NCBI GenBank assembly: GCA_002269645.1
Contig: NIVC01000807.1
Coordinates: forward strand, 248,001 to 312,000
Reading direction: 5' to 3'
Length of the DNA stretch: 64,000 nt
Origin: Macrostomum lignano
Lineage: Eukaryota
Made by a program: the position numbers and the translations under genes. Below the pieces are notes generated by a model, which searched no databases, had not been told where the DNA came from, and was given only the letters and a program-made list of their open reading frames with translations. Position 1 is the stretch's first letter. Each line of letters starts with the position of its first letter. Shown here one piece after another: positions 12,052-27,401 of the stretch.

Positions 12052-12820
12052 CTTATCTATTCAGAGGAAAGGAAAGTGGTTTAAAATTGAATCTCTCGCT
12101 AAACTCTCTCCTCTCCACGCCTCTCCACTCGCGGGGTACAGAGAAGGCTATTAAAAAGTTATTCCAAAACACTGTACATTCGCTATGTACATTGAGCCCT
12201 ATCGCCTGACCCTTCTTCTGAGCTGGGGGAATGAGTGAGTGAGCGGCACAAACAACAGAAAAAGCAGACAAACTTCCCATGCTTACAGTTTCTGTCCTGA
12301 TTGAGATACAGAGTTGAGACTTTACATGTAGGCAGAGAATGAGTCAATAAAGAATTTTGTCAAGTTTGAAGTCAATCGCTTCACGTGGAGCAAAACTATG
12401 GCAGCCAAAAGTTAGGCATTTTAAAACCTATTCACACCCTATGCCCAGATCAGGAAAGAGAGGCAGGCGGGCGGAGGTTGGGGTGGCTGCCTCGCTGAAA
12501 AAAACAGCCTAACTTTAAAAGTGCACAGCGGCTTTCAGGATTAACTTTGAAATTTGAAATTTTACACGATTGTGTCAAAATAGTTGAAAATTGCCTGTGT
12601 CAAATTTGAAGAGAATCGGTAGAAGTGAAGCGGCGCTATGGAGGATTAAGTGAAAAAATCGCGCATTTTGAGCAGTTTTTTGCACTTTTAGGTGGGAAGA
12701 CTCAAATTTAGGAAATTTAAAAGTAGCCTAAGACATTCTCCGTAGTAAGTTTAGGGTGGGTGTAAAGTTTGGTGTAATTTGGTTGAGCGGTTTGGGAGTC
12801 CATAGCGAAGTAATTTGTCC

Positions 12821-12853
<33 letters not shown>

Positions 12854-12878
12854 GTTTTGATTTTTATAGGTAGAGATA
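12052..12878 (+). mobile_element. HINE/Helentron-like non-autonomous element
   Basis: (GACA)n microsatellite at about 12821-12853 near the 3' end, followed by TTTTTATAGGTAGAGAT. Repeated AAATTTGAAG..AATCGG / AAGTTTGG motifs typical of such elements. Begins near ATCTAT. Confidence 0.5.
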
Positions 12879-14208
12879 TTATAATACAGATAAAACATTG
12901 TGTAAATATAATAAATATTTTACTTTTTAATTGAAATTAAATATAAAAATCATTAGTCTAGTAGTAACATTTCAAAATTGAAGATTTAGAGCTTTATATA
13001 AGATAATATATTTAGTATACATTGATATATACAAAAAATATGGGTCATTTTTCTAGGGTAGATATAAAGTGTTCTAAACTATGATATAAGAGAAGCTTTT
13101 AAGTCCCTTTAAATTGGGTCAAAGACTTAAACAATATTTTTGACACTATAAATACTGTGATTAATATGGTAAGGCCTTTAGAGTTAAGCTTAGGGCCTAT
13201 TAGCTATGGATATAGATATGGATATAAGAAAATTTGGTTATGGCAAAACTATTATCTATATTTTGTTTTTAGGCAAGCTACAAAATATTGTTTAGGCTAA
13301 TAGAGAATTATAAATCTAAATAAACACATTGCAAAAATCTTCATAGACAAAATAAGGGAATTTGAAGTTATTTTTAGCAAATGAACTTTAGCCCTTATAG
13401 CAATATTAGTCTACAGTCACCATTGCCTATTATATATCATTTTTATTATTTTATATCTTTTTACTAAGATAAAATTTTACTAAGTTGCTTTCTCTTCTTC
13501 CTTGTTTTATATCTCTCCATTAGTGTTTCTTTCTCCTTTCTCCTTGTCCTTTATCTCTCCTATCATAAGTCTCTTTTATTACCCTAAATCCTCATGCTTT
13601 TTATATGGAATCTATCTCTTTCTCTCTACATTTTTTATAAATAAGAACATGTTCAAAATTTCAAAAAAGTAATATTTTTTTCAAAATTAAATTTTTGAAT
13701 TTAATTGCAAAAGTTAAAATTTTTAGGATTTTAAATTGAAGTTAAACTTTAAGGCCCAAATTCAAATTTTATTTTTTTGGAAAAATCAAAATGAAAATTT
13801 AGCTCATCTCTAGTATAATTTCAAAGGTTTTACATGTATGATTGCCAGTATTTTAAATAACAAAGTTTTATAAACTAAAACAAAATACTAATCTCATTTA
13901 CTAGCCTAGTTTCAACCATTGATAATAAATATATAACAGGTTGCATATTTGTTAGCTATAGATATTAATGTTTTAACATTAAAATAGGAACATAATTAGA
14001 AAGTCTTACCTCAAAAGCAAGTCTTGGCTTAGAATTTTTTGCCCAATTTCTTGTCTCTCTTGACCTCTAATAATAATTTGCAAATTTTTAATATACTTTC
14101 TTAAACAAAATGTCTAAGTAAGGATGAAAGTCTAGTCATAGAATATATGCTAGTGTTAATTATAAGTAGCACAATGACAGTAACTGTTGATTTGCCATTG
14201 ACAACTGA

Positions 14209-15817
<1,609 letters not shown>

Positions 15818-17477
15818 CTTAGTGCTGCTAAATAAACTTTTACTATGGTATAGCTAATCTATAGTTACTCGCGCATTGACACTAAGCTTAGCGGATTATA
15901 GTTTAAAAATGATTATGATAATGCCCTTACCGCCGCATCCCCGTGTGCGCCGAGTGCTAGTTAAGCGAGTGGCCGGGGACGGCCTTGGATACTAATAAAC
16001 GGGTTCTGTTTATTTTTTCCTTCTAAAAGGTAGAAGGCGGCAGGCCTAATTATTTCTGTGCTGAGGTGCGTCATTATAAACCCTATGAATAGGCATTGGG
16101 AATTACAGAGAACCCGTGCGGACTTCTGTTCCACTGCATCATCACCGGGCTAAATTGCAGGCTGAGCACCTGGGATGAAGGATTCTGATGAATGATGCTT
16201 CGAAGTGGCTCATGTTAAAGGGGCCTTCAGAAATTTCCTAAACATTCGGTTCCTAGACTTACTAGTTGGTCAATAATATAATTAATAATGACAATACGCT
16301 AAACTAGCAAAGGCCAGTTAAGTACGAGTAGTATATGTAAGACGCAAAGGCAATTAAAAAGAATCATTGCTGTTTTTCTATTTATTTTACGAAAGATGTC
16401 CGGAAAGTAGTGATTTTCAGCTCACCGTTAGCTTCAACTTTATGTCTTTGGATTAGTAGCATCAGAGACAAGGACAACTTAATCACTCAGGACGGTTAAA
16501 CTCGAAAATCATGGTGAAGAAAATATGAGACTCGTTTAAAAGCATTGCTCAAAGACAACGAATGCATAGACATCTAATGTGTGGGATGTTGACTTGTCTA
16601 AAAAAGAAACTTTAAATTGGTGTGTCTAACAGTGTAAAAATTCAAAATTGCATATCGGTTTTGTTGAAATAGACTGGGAAAAGGGTAATCCAAATGGTTG
16701 TCTGCTTTCTGAACTGCCCTCGTATTGATTTATGTATCTATGCAAAACCTGCTTCAGTTATCTGCTGTGCTTGTAATTCATCCGACCCTCGCTTAAGGCT
16801 TCACCTTATGCAGACTGCCACCCTAAAACCCGAGTATTATGTAGCACTCCCTGGTTTCTGTTGCTGTTGTTTTTTTACTTGCAAAAGAGAGATCACGTCT
16901 CTAATATTTCTATATTGATAAAATTATATTTATACCTAACATTCAATAATGTTAAGCAAAGCTACCATTAGCAAGCATGCCTAATTATTTATTATTATTA
17001 TCTAAATATTTTGTTAAAGTATCGCCAAGCTTAAATGTTGGCCTGCTCGCTTTAATTGTCTTTTTCTAGGCTTAGACTTTTGCATATATATATATATATA
17101 TAGCTAATAGTGTTGCTGAAATGCTTATAAACAAGTTTCAATTAGCTCCCTTCAGCCTCAATAAATATTATCAAGCGTTCAGTGTCAAAACCAAGCAAGC
17201 TAATTCACTTCGCTCTCTCTCTCTGTATCTCCTTGTGTGTCTCGCTAAAAATACAATAAATCATTTTTAAGCCCACTGCGCAAGCGCACTTTTGCTCAAA
17301 TATGCAAAAGGAACACAACGCGAAAAAATATTAAATTGAATTAAGCAATCAAAAATCTGCTGTTTAATGTGAAATTTGGATTGTTGCTAAGCTCCTTGCT
17401 TTTGTTTTCCTCTTTGGCATTTCAGAATTGTTGTTTATTTTAGCTGAGAGCTGATTGCTTCGTTCAGGGAATTTAAT

Positions 17478-18036
17478 GGGGTCAACTGGCATCGATACAG
17501 TTGAGTACAGGCCTGTTGCTGGGTGAACTGGCATCGATACAGTTGAGTACAGGCCTGTTGCTGGGTGAACTGGCATCGATACAGTTGAGTACAGGCCTGT
17601 TGCTGGGTGAAGTGGCATCGATACAGTTGAGTACAGGCCTGTTGCTGGGTGAAGTGGCATCGATACAGTTGAGTACAGGCCTGTTGCTGGGTGAACTGGC
17701 ATCGATACAGTTGAGTACAGGCCTGTTGCTGGGTGAACTGGCATCGATACAGTTGAGTACAGGCCTGTTGCTGGGTGAACTGGCATCGATACAGTTGAGT
17801 ACAGGCCTGTTGCTGGGTGAAGTGGCATCGATACAGTTGAGTACAGGCCTGTTGCTGGGTGAACTGGCATCGATACAGTTGAGTACAGGCCTGTTGCTGG
17901 GTGAAGTGGCATCGATACAGTTGAGTACAGGCCTGTTGCTGGGTCAACTGGCATCGATACAGTTGAGTACAGGCCTGTTGCTGGGTCAACTGGCATCGAT
18001 ACAGTTGAGTACAGGCCTGTTGCTGGGTGAACTGGC
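17478..18036. repeat. 42-bp minisatellite, about 13 copies
   Basis: Unit GGGTGAACTGGCATCGATACAGTTGAGTACAGGCCTGTTGCT. Confidence 0.97.
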
Positions 18037-18879
18037 ATCTTTTGTAGGATTATCTTATCCTAGACTGCTTGCAATGCAGTTTTAGTAGTAAAAGCAGGCC
18101 TTTGTTTAATAATTAGCGGGTGGGGCTATTGATGTCGTGGGAGCTGGGTTTTGGCGGCCATTCAGATTCAGTTACAATAGGTTTCTGTGAGAATTATTTG
18201 GGCCTGCAGCTGCACAGCAAAACTGCGAGTGTTGCAATTTGGATTTCTTCGTGTATAGTGACGGATCTTTCTGCTCCTGTAGGCTATTGGCGTGAGAACC
18301 GGGTGTCGCTTTTCTCTCAATTTTGACTCAAGTTTTCGAGCTCAACAACGCCCTTGCGCGATGGGAACAGTGGAACTTATTATTTACCATATTTGGTCGC
18401 GCGAAGAGGCACTCAGAGCAAGAGTAAACTGCTACTAAAAGCAACTATTGTGTTGCGTTACATATTTGCTCATATTGTTCTTGCTATCACAATTGCCTTA
18501 AGATCTTTATGTGATTTCTTTACAGGCTATCACAATTTCCCTATTAAGACCTCCATGTACAAGCAGACTATCACCAGAATTGCCAATTAATAACTTCATT
18601 TGCATGTACATGCAGGCTACAGTATCACGATTTGCCTATTTTAAGACATAGGCTTATTTCCAGGGTGCTTAACCTTCAAGCGCTTGAGTTCGCGTTGACG
18701 ACTCTGGGTTTCTCAGTCATTGTCAGCCCAGCTGACGTTCGGGACTGCTTCAACAAGAAAGGTTTTACAAGTCCTAAACTTCCGCCAGCAGGGGCTTCCA
18801 GGGGCTTGCCATCACTAGTCGAGACAGCAACCCACTGGATGTCGATGTGAACCTTGTTCTCGTTCCAGACAGTCAGACT

Positions 18880-19150
18880 CGTTCTGCCATGCCTAACCTG
18901 AACTGGAAAGTCTCTGATTATCTGATTTCACTTACAAGAACCGACCTCAGGGAGATGTGCATAGTCCTAACAGGCCATGGATTCTTCCAGAGACATATCT
19001 CGTTGCAAACCGGTTGCCCTCCTACCTGTCTTTTCTGTGGCGTAGGAAAGGAGACCGCGGAGCATCACGTCACCTTCTGTCCTTGCTTCAATAAGGCGCG
19101 GCAAACCTCGACCACCCCGAACAACATCCGTGATCTTCGCGCCTTCGTCT
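18880..19150 (+). mobile_element. Non-LTR retrotransposon (LINE) ORF2 3' fragment with a C-terminal Zn-knuckle
   Basis: [45 protein letters not shown] matches the LTGH...CxxC..ET..H...CP motif that follows RT/RNase H in I/R1/Jockey-like LINEs. Confidence 0.75.
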
Positions 19151-19679
19151 GAGATTTTGGTCACCGATGATGAGGTCACCGATGGCTCCCCTTTGAACTG
19201 TTGACTACTAGCACTCCCAGGGTTAAGCCTTGGATTCTTTTACCTTGGGGGGTTAGGTTGCGATAGGGCCTCGCGGTCTGATCGCGGTGCCTGCGCCCCC
19301 CCACCCCCCACCAGTAGTAAGTAAGCAACCAAGTCGCAAACTTAATTTAGTTTCGCCAGTTCAGCTTATGCAAACTCAGACAGAATGGGTGCGATCCTCC
19401 GCTGCAGCTGCTCAGCGCCTTGCCCTCGCCCTGCTTTCTCAGGCCGGACTGGGCGCGGCCGCGAGCTCGGCCGAGCCAGTAGAAGCGATCCATACCTTTG
19501 AGACCGGGTGCTGAATTCTTCTCATGGGCCTAAAACGCCGCTAGTGTTCCAGGCGTTCCCACGATTTTCTTGCGATTATAAAACTTATCACAAGCTTCCA
19601 GTTGGTAACCCACGCTGGCATCCAAACTCTCGTGCGCTTCATCGGTTCTTTCTCATCTGGTACAACTCTCGGCGGAGCC

Positions 19680-22600
19680 ATGGCTAGCAAGACAACCACC
19701 AAGACGACTCGGTACTCGATGCAGACGTCGGGCGGCACCCGAGGTCCGATCTCGGCGCCCAAGACGGTGAGTCCAAGTAGCTATTATCGATTTTCATGCT
19801 AGCTGCCTGTTTGCGATGAAGAGCTCGACAGATACTAGGCTATCCTTGGGAGCCAAGGCCCCATACTGTAACAAAAAAGTATCAGGGAAACCTCTTCCTT
19901 AATGATTAATGACCTCCTCAGGTTGTCATCAACCGGACTCTTCCGGGCTTCGGCATTGGTCGGGGCGACACTGTAGACTCCGTGAAGAGCGTCCGGGTGA
20001 CGCGGAGCATGGCCTCGGCATCGGGCATCCAGCAGACCAACGCCGAAGTCAACAACATGCTGAACGGCCGCGAGAAGGAGAAGAAGGACATGCAGGAGTT
20101 GAACGAGCGGTTTGCCAACTATATTGAAAAGGTTAGGAAATGTTTTCCGCGGATTTTCTAGAGCTTTGATTTGAATGGTTTGGCAGCCGCCTCTCCCTCT
20201 CTGCGTCTCTCTCCTTGTCGCAGGTCCGCTTCCTGGAGGCCCAGAACAAGAAGTTGTCCAACGAGCTGCAGCAGCTGAAGGACCGCTGGGGCAAGGAGAC
20301 TGAGCGAGTGAAGCAAACCTACGAGACCGAGCTGGCCCAGCTGAGAAAACTGCTGGACGATTCCGAGAAGCAGAAGGCCGAGGCCGAGGTTCGAATCTCG
20401 TCGCTGGAGGATCAGCTGAATGAGCTGCAAGTTCTGTAAGTGGTACAGCGAGTTTAATTCTTGGTAAATGGTTTTTTCAGACTAACAAGTCTATAAATTT
20501 ACTAGCTATTCTTGAATTTAAAACTCTAAAATACTCTGGCTCGTGTCTTCTGTAACAGGTAACAAGTCATGTCGTTTAAAAGCAGATCGCACCGCACTAT
20601 TGATCGTATGAGTAGCCACATTCGAGCATTTGAGATTTATCACAGGACTGATACTCTTTATTTAAAATTTGCAGCCTGGACGAGGCCAACAGGCAGCACC
20701 AGGTGGACAGGGAGACCATCGACAAGCTCAACCAGCAGCTGGCCGACTATGACGGCGAGATCTCGCTGCTGCGCCGCCGGGTGGCCACCTTTGACGAGGA
20801 GCGCAGCCGCGATCGGAAGGAGATCAAGCGGCTGCGGGATGAAGTCAACAGGCTGCGAGGGGTCAGTTAGTGCGATTTCGCATGCTTGGCTCTAAAATCC
20901 AGGAGTGCATTATTTTTTATGTTATGAAATACGAGCGTGCGCTATTCACAGCGCTTCGATTCCCTCGCAGGATCTGGATGCGGAGACGCTGAATCACATC
21001 AACGCCGAGAATGAGGCCCAATCGCTTAGAGAGCAGCTGGAGTTTATGAAGCAGATCCACGAGTCGGTAAGTGGGGCACTGGGGCCTCTGAAAAACTCGC
21101 AACGTGAGCTTCCCCCTATATTGTAGCGAGTATCTAATAATACTGCAATAAAGCTCATCACACCAGACCTCATCACACCAGACTTCATCACACCAGACTT
21201 CATCACACCAGACCTCATCACACCAGACCTCATCACACCAGACCTCATCACACCAGACCTCATCACACCAGACCTACCTCATCACACCAGACCTCACCTC
21301 ATCACACCAAATGTCATCACGCCAGATCTCACCACACCATGCCTCAATAACATCAGATTAGCTTGTACACCAGACGGTATACAAGCGGTATTCACGGTAC
21401 CAGACTAGAAGACCTCGTCGCAATAATCCTCCACCTCATTAAATATCACCCGAAAACTAAAACAAGGCTCCAAACCTCTCCGTTCAGAGTTCGCAGTATA
21501 ATTGTATACCAAAATTTACATCACTCGTTTTAAATGAGTATTACGTTATGTTCATAAAATAGCGACCCGAAGCCTTTGAAGAGATGTCATAATGTCAATA
21601 AAGCATACATGAAAACCGTCCTCTCCAGGAGCTGAAGGAGCTCGCCGCTCTGGCCTACCGTGACACAACTAGCGAGAACCGCGAATTCTGGAAGAACGAA
21701 ATGGCCCAGGCGCTGCACGAGATCCAGCGCGAGTACGACAACAAGATGGACGTCATGCGCTCCGAGATCGAGTCCCAGTACAGCATGAAGGTGCAGGAGG
21801 CGCGCACTACAAACACCCGGGACAACATGGAGCTGTCCCATCTGCGCGAGGAGAATAAGCGCATCAAAGGCCAGATGACCGACGCGCGCAATCGCATCCC
21901 GGAGCTGGAGGCGCGCAACGCACAGCTCGAGCGCGAGCTCGAAGAGCTCCGACGCGAGATGGAGGAGGCTGAGCGCGAATGCGAGATGGAGAAGGGCCGC
22001 CTGCGCACGGATCTCGCCAACACACAGGCCACTCTGGAGGAGTACCTCAAAGAGCTCCAGACGCTCATGGATATGAAGCTGAGTCTCGAACTGGAGATCG
22101 CCGCATACAGGAAGCTTCTGGAAGGAGAGGAGACCCGGTTAGGCATTCTTTCATGAATATTGCTCAATCACGGCAGTCCATCGTGTTACATGAATGTAGT
22201 CCATCAATCGCATCTCCCTATTCTTCTTTCTCCAGAATCAATCAGCACCATCGGACTCAGGAACTGATGTCGCAAAAGTCTTCTACTGTGGAGAGTCGCT
22301 CCTTTGCGGTGGAACAGCAGGCCATGCACCAGGGACAAAGTGAGTTAGCAGCAAGCGGGACAATAATTTATTAAAACATCTTTGTCGAACTTTACTATTG
22401 CTAATAATGCAAACTGTAAAGCATTGTGTGATTAAAATAACGGTCTTTCCCACCCCACGTCACCCCGCACATTGCAGACAAGCAGCAGAGTGAGTAGACA
22501 CAGCAGCGGACTGCATTTACAGTATAAAAATTTAAAATACCGATTTCTAACAAATTAGCTTAACCACACGCTGCATTCCACGATCACTTTAGTGAGCCTG

Positions 22601-24476
22601 ATCAAGGGCGAGATGTCGGCTAAGACAACCTACCAGCGCACCGCCAAGGGCAACGTCAGCATCCAGGAGTGCTCAGCCGACGGAAAGTACATCCTGCTTG
22701 AGAACACCGGCAAGAAGGCGAGTGTAAATCTTTGATTTTATTTATTTATTCCATTTTTTCCCTCTTTGAATTGTAAAATTGGTCTCTCTGGCTGCAGAAG
22801 GAGGACATCAGCGGTTGGCGACTGCTGCGTAACATCGATAACGGCCGACAAGTCATCAAGTTCACCGTGCCCAACGGTGTCGTGCTGGGCGACGGCCCGC
22901 ACAAGAACATCCGGGTGCGTTAAAAATTTTCCCTCTGAGTGTAATTAAGCTCTACATTTTAGTCCCACTGTTTGACTGCTTAGGCTACAACCCCCTTGAA
23001 AGTACTGGGGGTTTTAGTCTAATGAGGGTTGTAGCCTAGTGAGGGGTTGTAGCCTAGTGAGGGTTGTAGCCTAGTGAGGGTTGTAGCCTAGTGAGGGTTG
23101 TAGCCTAGTGAGGGTTGTAGCCTAGTGAGGGTTGTAGCCTAGTGAGGGTTGTAGCCTAGTGAGGGGTTGTAGCCTAGTGAGGGTTGTAGCCTAGTGAGGG
23201 TTGTAGCCTAGTGAGGGTTGTAGCCTAGTGAGGGGTTGTAGCCTAGTGAGGGGTTGTAGCCTAGTGAGGGTTGTAGCCTAGTGAGGGGTTGTAGCCTAGT
23301 GAGGGTTGTAGCCTAGTGAGGGGTTGTAGTCTAGTGGCTAGAGTGTCCGACTCAAAACTGAAATTTTGGGGGTTCGATTCTCAACCCAATCTGGAACAAT
23401 TTGTGTCCTTGAGCAAGACTGAACTCTGCATTGATTCAGTTCACCCAGCTTTAAAATGGGTGGCAGCGTTAGCTGGGGGTAATTGAGGTTTTGTGTTGCA
23501 ACCCCCCAGTTCTTTGATTGAACAGCCGTACGCAGCCTTCAGATGCGGCGCGCAATAGCTGCGTCTGAGCTGTTGGTTGCACATCTGCCAATTAGGCCAG
23601 CTGTAGTCAATAACAGTAATGATTGACTGCTTAGCATTTTTGCTAAAATTTATCCTTGGTCACCTAGGTCAACTGTTCAGATCCATCTCTTTCGTGCCGA
23701 AGTATTTATTAGCCATTATTCAAGCGTCCGTCCGTCTCATTGCAGATCTGGGCTCGCGGACTGAAGCCGCCCGGCAGCGACGACCTTGAAGCTGCTGAGT
23801 CCAGCTGGGGCGTCGGCGCCAATATCAACACCTCGTTGTACAACACCGAGGGAGAGGTGCTTTAAGCTCTGATTGCTGTCTTCGCTCACTACTTCTGTCC
23901 TTCTGAAACACTGTGGTCCCTTCAGGAGATCACTCACTGCAACCCTTTTTAGTTAGAGGCAGGGGTTGTGTGCACCCTGGCGCACTTTAAGCGACATTGT
24001 CCCACAATCGATGAGAGGCATTACTGCCCATTCCGCCGACTCCCCTGAGCAGGCACACAAGCGCGCGGATACGTACGCAGTCATACGCACAGGCACACAC
24101 TCACACAGGAGTGTACAGCGGCCCTAACTTTATTTTATCGTTAGGCATGTACAATTCACTGTGCCTTGGAGGTTGGCCCTCAAGGCCGCTAATTACACGA
24201 GCAGAGCCAAGCCGAGATTCCAATTTAGCCTCAAATTACCGGTAATGTGACTGCACTTGGAATCGAGCCTGGGCCGCTGGCACATCAGAGCGCCGCACCA
24301 GATCACTAGGCTACGGCCATACGGCAACCCTCTGGCCCTTCAGTAGACCCCTTCAACCCTCTAGTCATTGAATAGGGTTGTACATCCTTTCTCGCAAATA
24401 ATAAAATCTAAATTATGCAATTTGCTTTCAGGAGCGGGCAACGCACACCCAGAAGACTGTGTACTCGGCCAACTAA
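19680..24476 (+). CDS. Invertebrate cytoplasmic intermediate filament protein with lamin-tail domain, about 604 aa; exons 19680-19766, 19922-20131, 20224-20435, 20675-20861, 20971-21066, 21629-22137, 22236-22339, 22478-22489, 22593-22717, 22798-22914, 23746-23856, 24432-24476
   Basis: Rod start [26 protein letters not shown] and rod end KLSLELEIAAYRKLLEGEETR. LTD-like tail (GNVSIQECSADGKYILLENTG, DISGWRLLR, FTVP, IWA, LYNTEGEERATHTQ). No CaaX or NLS. All exon phases are consistent. Confidence 0.95.
21155..21320. repeat. 15-bp minisatellite (CATCACACCAGACCT)n in an IF intron
   Basis: About 10 near-identical units are directly visible. Confidence 0.92.
23023..23336 (+). repeat. 17/18-bp tandem array (GAG(G)GGTTGTAGCCTAGT)n fused to a SINE 5' end
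   Basis: About 18 units. The unit equals the first bases of SINE family A (GGGGTTGTAGCCTGGT). Confidence 0.92.
23319..23600 (+). mobile_element. tRNA-derived SINE family A, copy 2
   Basis: Box B GGGGTTCGATTCTC, body GTGTCCTTGAGCAAGAC...TTCACCCAGCTTTAAAATGGG, and 3' GAACAGCCGTACGCAGCCTTCAGATGC shared with the other copies. Confidence 0.85.
23978..24318 (-). mobile_element. tRNA-derived SINE family B, copy 2
   Basis: Reverse complement of 5522-5860 along its length. Confidence 0.85.
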
Positions 24477-25082
24477 ATCTGCAGTCCGGCCCATCTATTG
24501 AAACAGTTCAAGTAACAACGAAAGTTTTTTTCGATGCTGTCACAATTTATGCTATTCAAACTTGAAAAAATAACTCGATTAGTAATTTAAATAGTAGTAA
24601 CAGCCGATTTATAGCAGTCTCCATGCACTCTCCCTCCCACTGAGACCGTTGGACAGAGACATCTAACTGCGGTTACCTGCTGTCAGCCCATTCTATAGTT
24701 AATTTTGCTGCTCAACATCCAAACGCTTATCTTTGCCTATTTCGCAAGTATTTTATTTTTTATTAACAGCTCATTTCGTTAAGTATCGGTCTCGGTAGAT
24801 ACTGAGGAGGGAGAGTTTAGCATCTCAAATATATGCTTAAATAATTTTATAGCTATATAATAAATACCGTACTGCTGTGATATCAGACTTCAATACGTAT
24901 CTTTAATAAAACAGCCTACAATATTTCACAAACCATTTTTTATAATCTATATACATTTGTACTAAAACAGTCCAATTCAGAATCTATTTAAAATTGAAAT
25001 AAACTAACAAATAGGCTTAACTTATTACAAGTTTCTCCGTGACTTTATTGATTTACGCAGCCAGATGCATGGGGAACAGTGA

Positions 25083-27401
25083 GAGCTGCAGAGACAATAA
25101 TGGAAGCTGCAGGGACAATAATGGAAGCTGCAGGGACAATAATGGAAGCTGCAGGGACAATAATGGAAGCTGCAGGGACAATAATGAAAGCTACGGGGAC
25201 AATAATGGAAGCTGCAGGGATAATAATGGAAGCTGCAGGGACAATAATGAAAGCTACGGGGACAATAATGGAAGCTGCAGGGATAATAATGGAAGCTGCA
25301 GGGACAATAATAGAAGCTACGGGGACAATAATGGAAGCTACGGGGACAATAATAGAAGCTACGGGGACAATAGTGGAAGCTACAGGGACAATAATGGAAG
25401 CTGCAGAGACAATAATAGAAGCTACGGGGACAATAATGGAAGCTACAGGGACAATAATGGAAGCTGCAGAGACAATAATAGAAGCTACGGGGACAATAAT
25501 GGAAGCTACGGGGACAATAATAGAAGCTACGGGGACAATAATGGAAGCTACAGGGACAATAATGGAAGCTGCAGGGATAATAATGGAAGCTACAGGGACA
25601 ATAATGGAAGCTACAGGGACAATAATGGAAGCTACAGGGACAATAATGGAAGCTGCAGGGATAATAATGGAAGCTGCAGGGACAATAATAGAAGCTACGG
25701 GGACAATAATGGAAGCTACGGGGACAATAATAGAAGCTACGGGGACAATAATGGAAGCTACAGGGACAATAATGGAAGCTGCAGAGACAATAATAGAAGT
25801 TACGGGGACAATAATGGAAGCTACGGGGACAATAATAGAAGCTACGGGGACAATAATGGAAGCTACATGAACAACAATGGAAGCTACAGGGACAATAATG
25901 GAAGCTACAGGGACAATAATGGAAGCTACAGGGACAATAATGGAAGCTGCAGGGATAATAATGGAAGCTACAGGGACAATAATGGAAGCTACAGGGACAA
26001 TAATGGAAGCTACAGGGACAATAATGGAAGCTACAGGGACAATAATGGAAGCTGCAGGGATAATAATGGAAGCTACAGGGACAATAATGGAAGCTACAGG
26101 GACAATAATGGAAGCTGCAGGGACAATAATGGAAGCTACAGGGACAATAATGGAAGCTGCAGGGACAATAATGAAAGCTACGGTGACAATAATGGAAGCT
26201 GCAGGGATAATAATGGAAGCTACAGGGACAATAATGGAAGCTGCAGGGATAATAATGGAAGCTGCAGGGACAATAATAGAAGCTACGGGGACAATAATGG
26301 AAGCTACGGGGACAATAATAGAAGCTACGGGGACAATAATGGAAGCTACAGGGACAATAGTGGAAGCTGCAGAGACAATAATAGAAGCTACGGGGACAAT
26401 AATGGAAGCTACGGGGACAATAGTAGAAGCTACGGGGACAATAATGGAAGCTACATGAACAACAATGGAAGCTACAGGGACAATAATGGAAGCTACAGGG
26501 ACAATAATGGAAGCTACAGGGACAATAATGGAAGCTGCAGGGATAATAATGGAAGCTACGGGGACAATAATGGAAGCTGCGGGGACAATAATGGAAGCTA
26601 CGGGGACAATAATGGAAGCTACAGGGACAATAATGGAAGCTACAGGGACAATAATGGAAGCTACAGGGACAATAATGGAAGCTGCAGGGATAATAATGGA
26701 AGCTACAGGGACAATAATGGAAGCTACAGGGACAATAATGGAAGCTACAGGGACAATAATGGAAGCTACAGGGACAATAATGGAAGCTGCAGGGATAATA
26801 ATGGAAGCTACGGGGACAATAATGGAAGCTACAGGGACAATAATGGAAGCTGCGGGGACAATAATGGAAGCTACGGGGACAATAATGGAAGCTACGGGGA
26901 CAATAATGGAAGCTACGGGGACAATAATGGAAGCTACGGGGACAATAATGGAAGCTACGGGGACAATAATGGAAGCTATGGGGACAATAATGGAAGCTAT
27001 GGGGACAATAATGGAAGCTATGGGGACAATAATGGAAGCTACATGAACAATATTGGAAGCTATGGGGACAATAATGGAAGCTACGGGGACGATAATGGAA
27101 GCTATGGGGACAGTAATGGAAGCTACGGGGACAATAATGGAAGCTATGGGGACAATAATAGAAGCTACGGGGACAATAATGGAAGCTACGGGGACAATAA
27201 TAGAAGCTACGGGGACAATAATGGAAGCTACGGGGACAATAATGGAAGCTACGGGGACAATAATGGAAGCTACGGGGACAATAATGGAAGCTACGGGGAC
27301 AATAATGGAAGCTACGGGGACAATAATGGAAGCTACGGGGACAATAATGGAAGCTACGGGGACAATAATGGAAGCTGCAGGGACAATAATGGAAGCTGCA
27401 A
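25083..27401. repeat. 21-bp minisatellite (GGGACAATAATGGAAGCTACA and variants), about 110 copies
   Basis: Continuous array without apparent indels. One frame reads (R/G)DNNGS(Y/C) repeats without a stop. Confidence 0.97.

Noticed and set aside
17364-18085. 42-bp array as a CRISPR array or coding repeat
   Set aside because: Units are contiguous with no unique spacers, there are no cas genes, and the context is eukaryotic. ORFs occur on both strands only because the unit lacks stops.
20551-20566. AG|GTAAC as a recursive splice site in IF intron 3
   Set aside because: The intron is only about 240 bp and splices in frame without it, so this is probably chance.
19680-24476. Calling the IF gene a nuclear lamin
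   Set aside because: No basic NLS between rod and tail and no C-terminal CaaX (ends TVYSAN).
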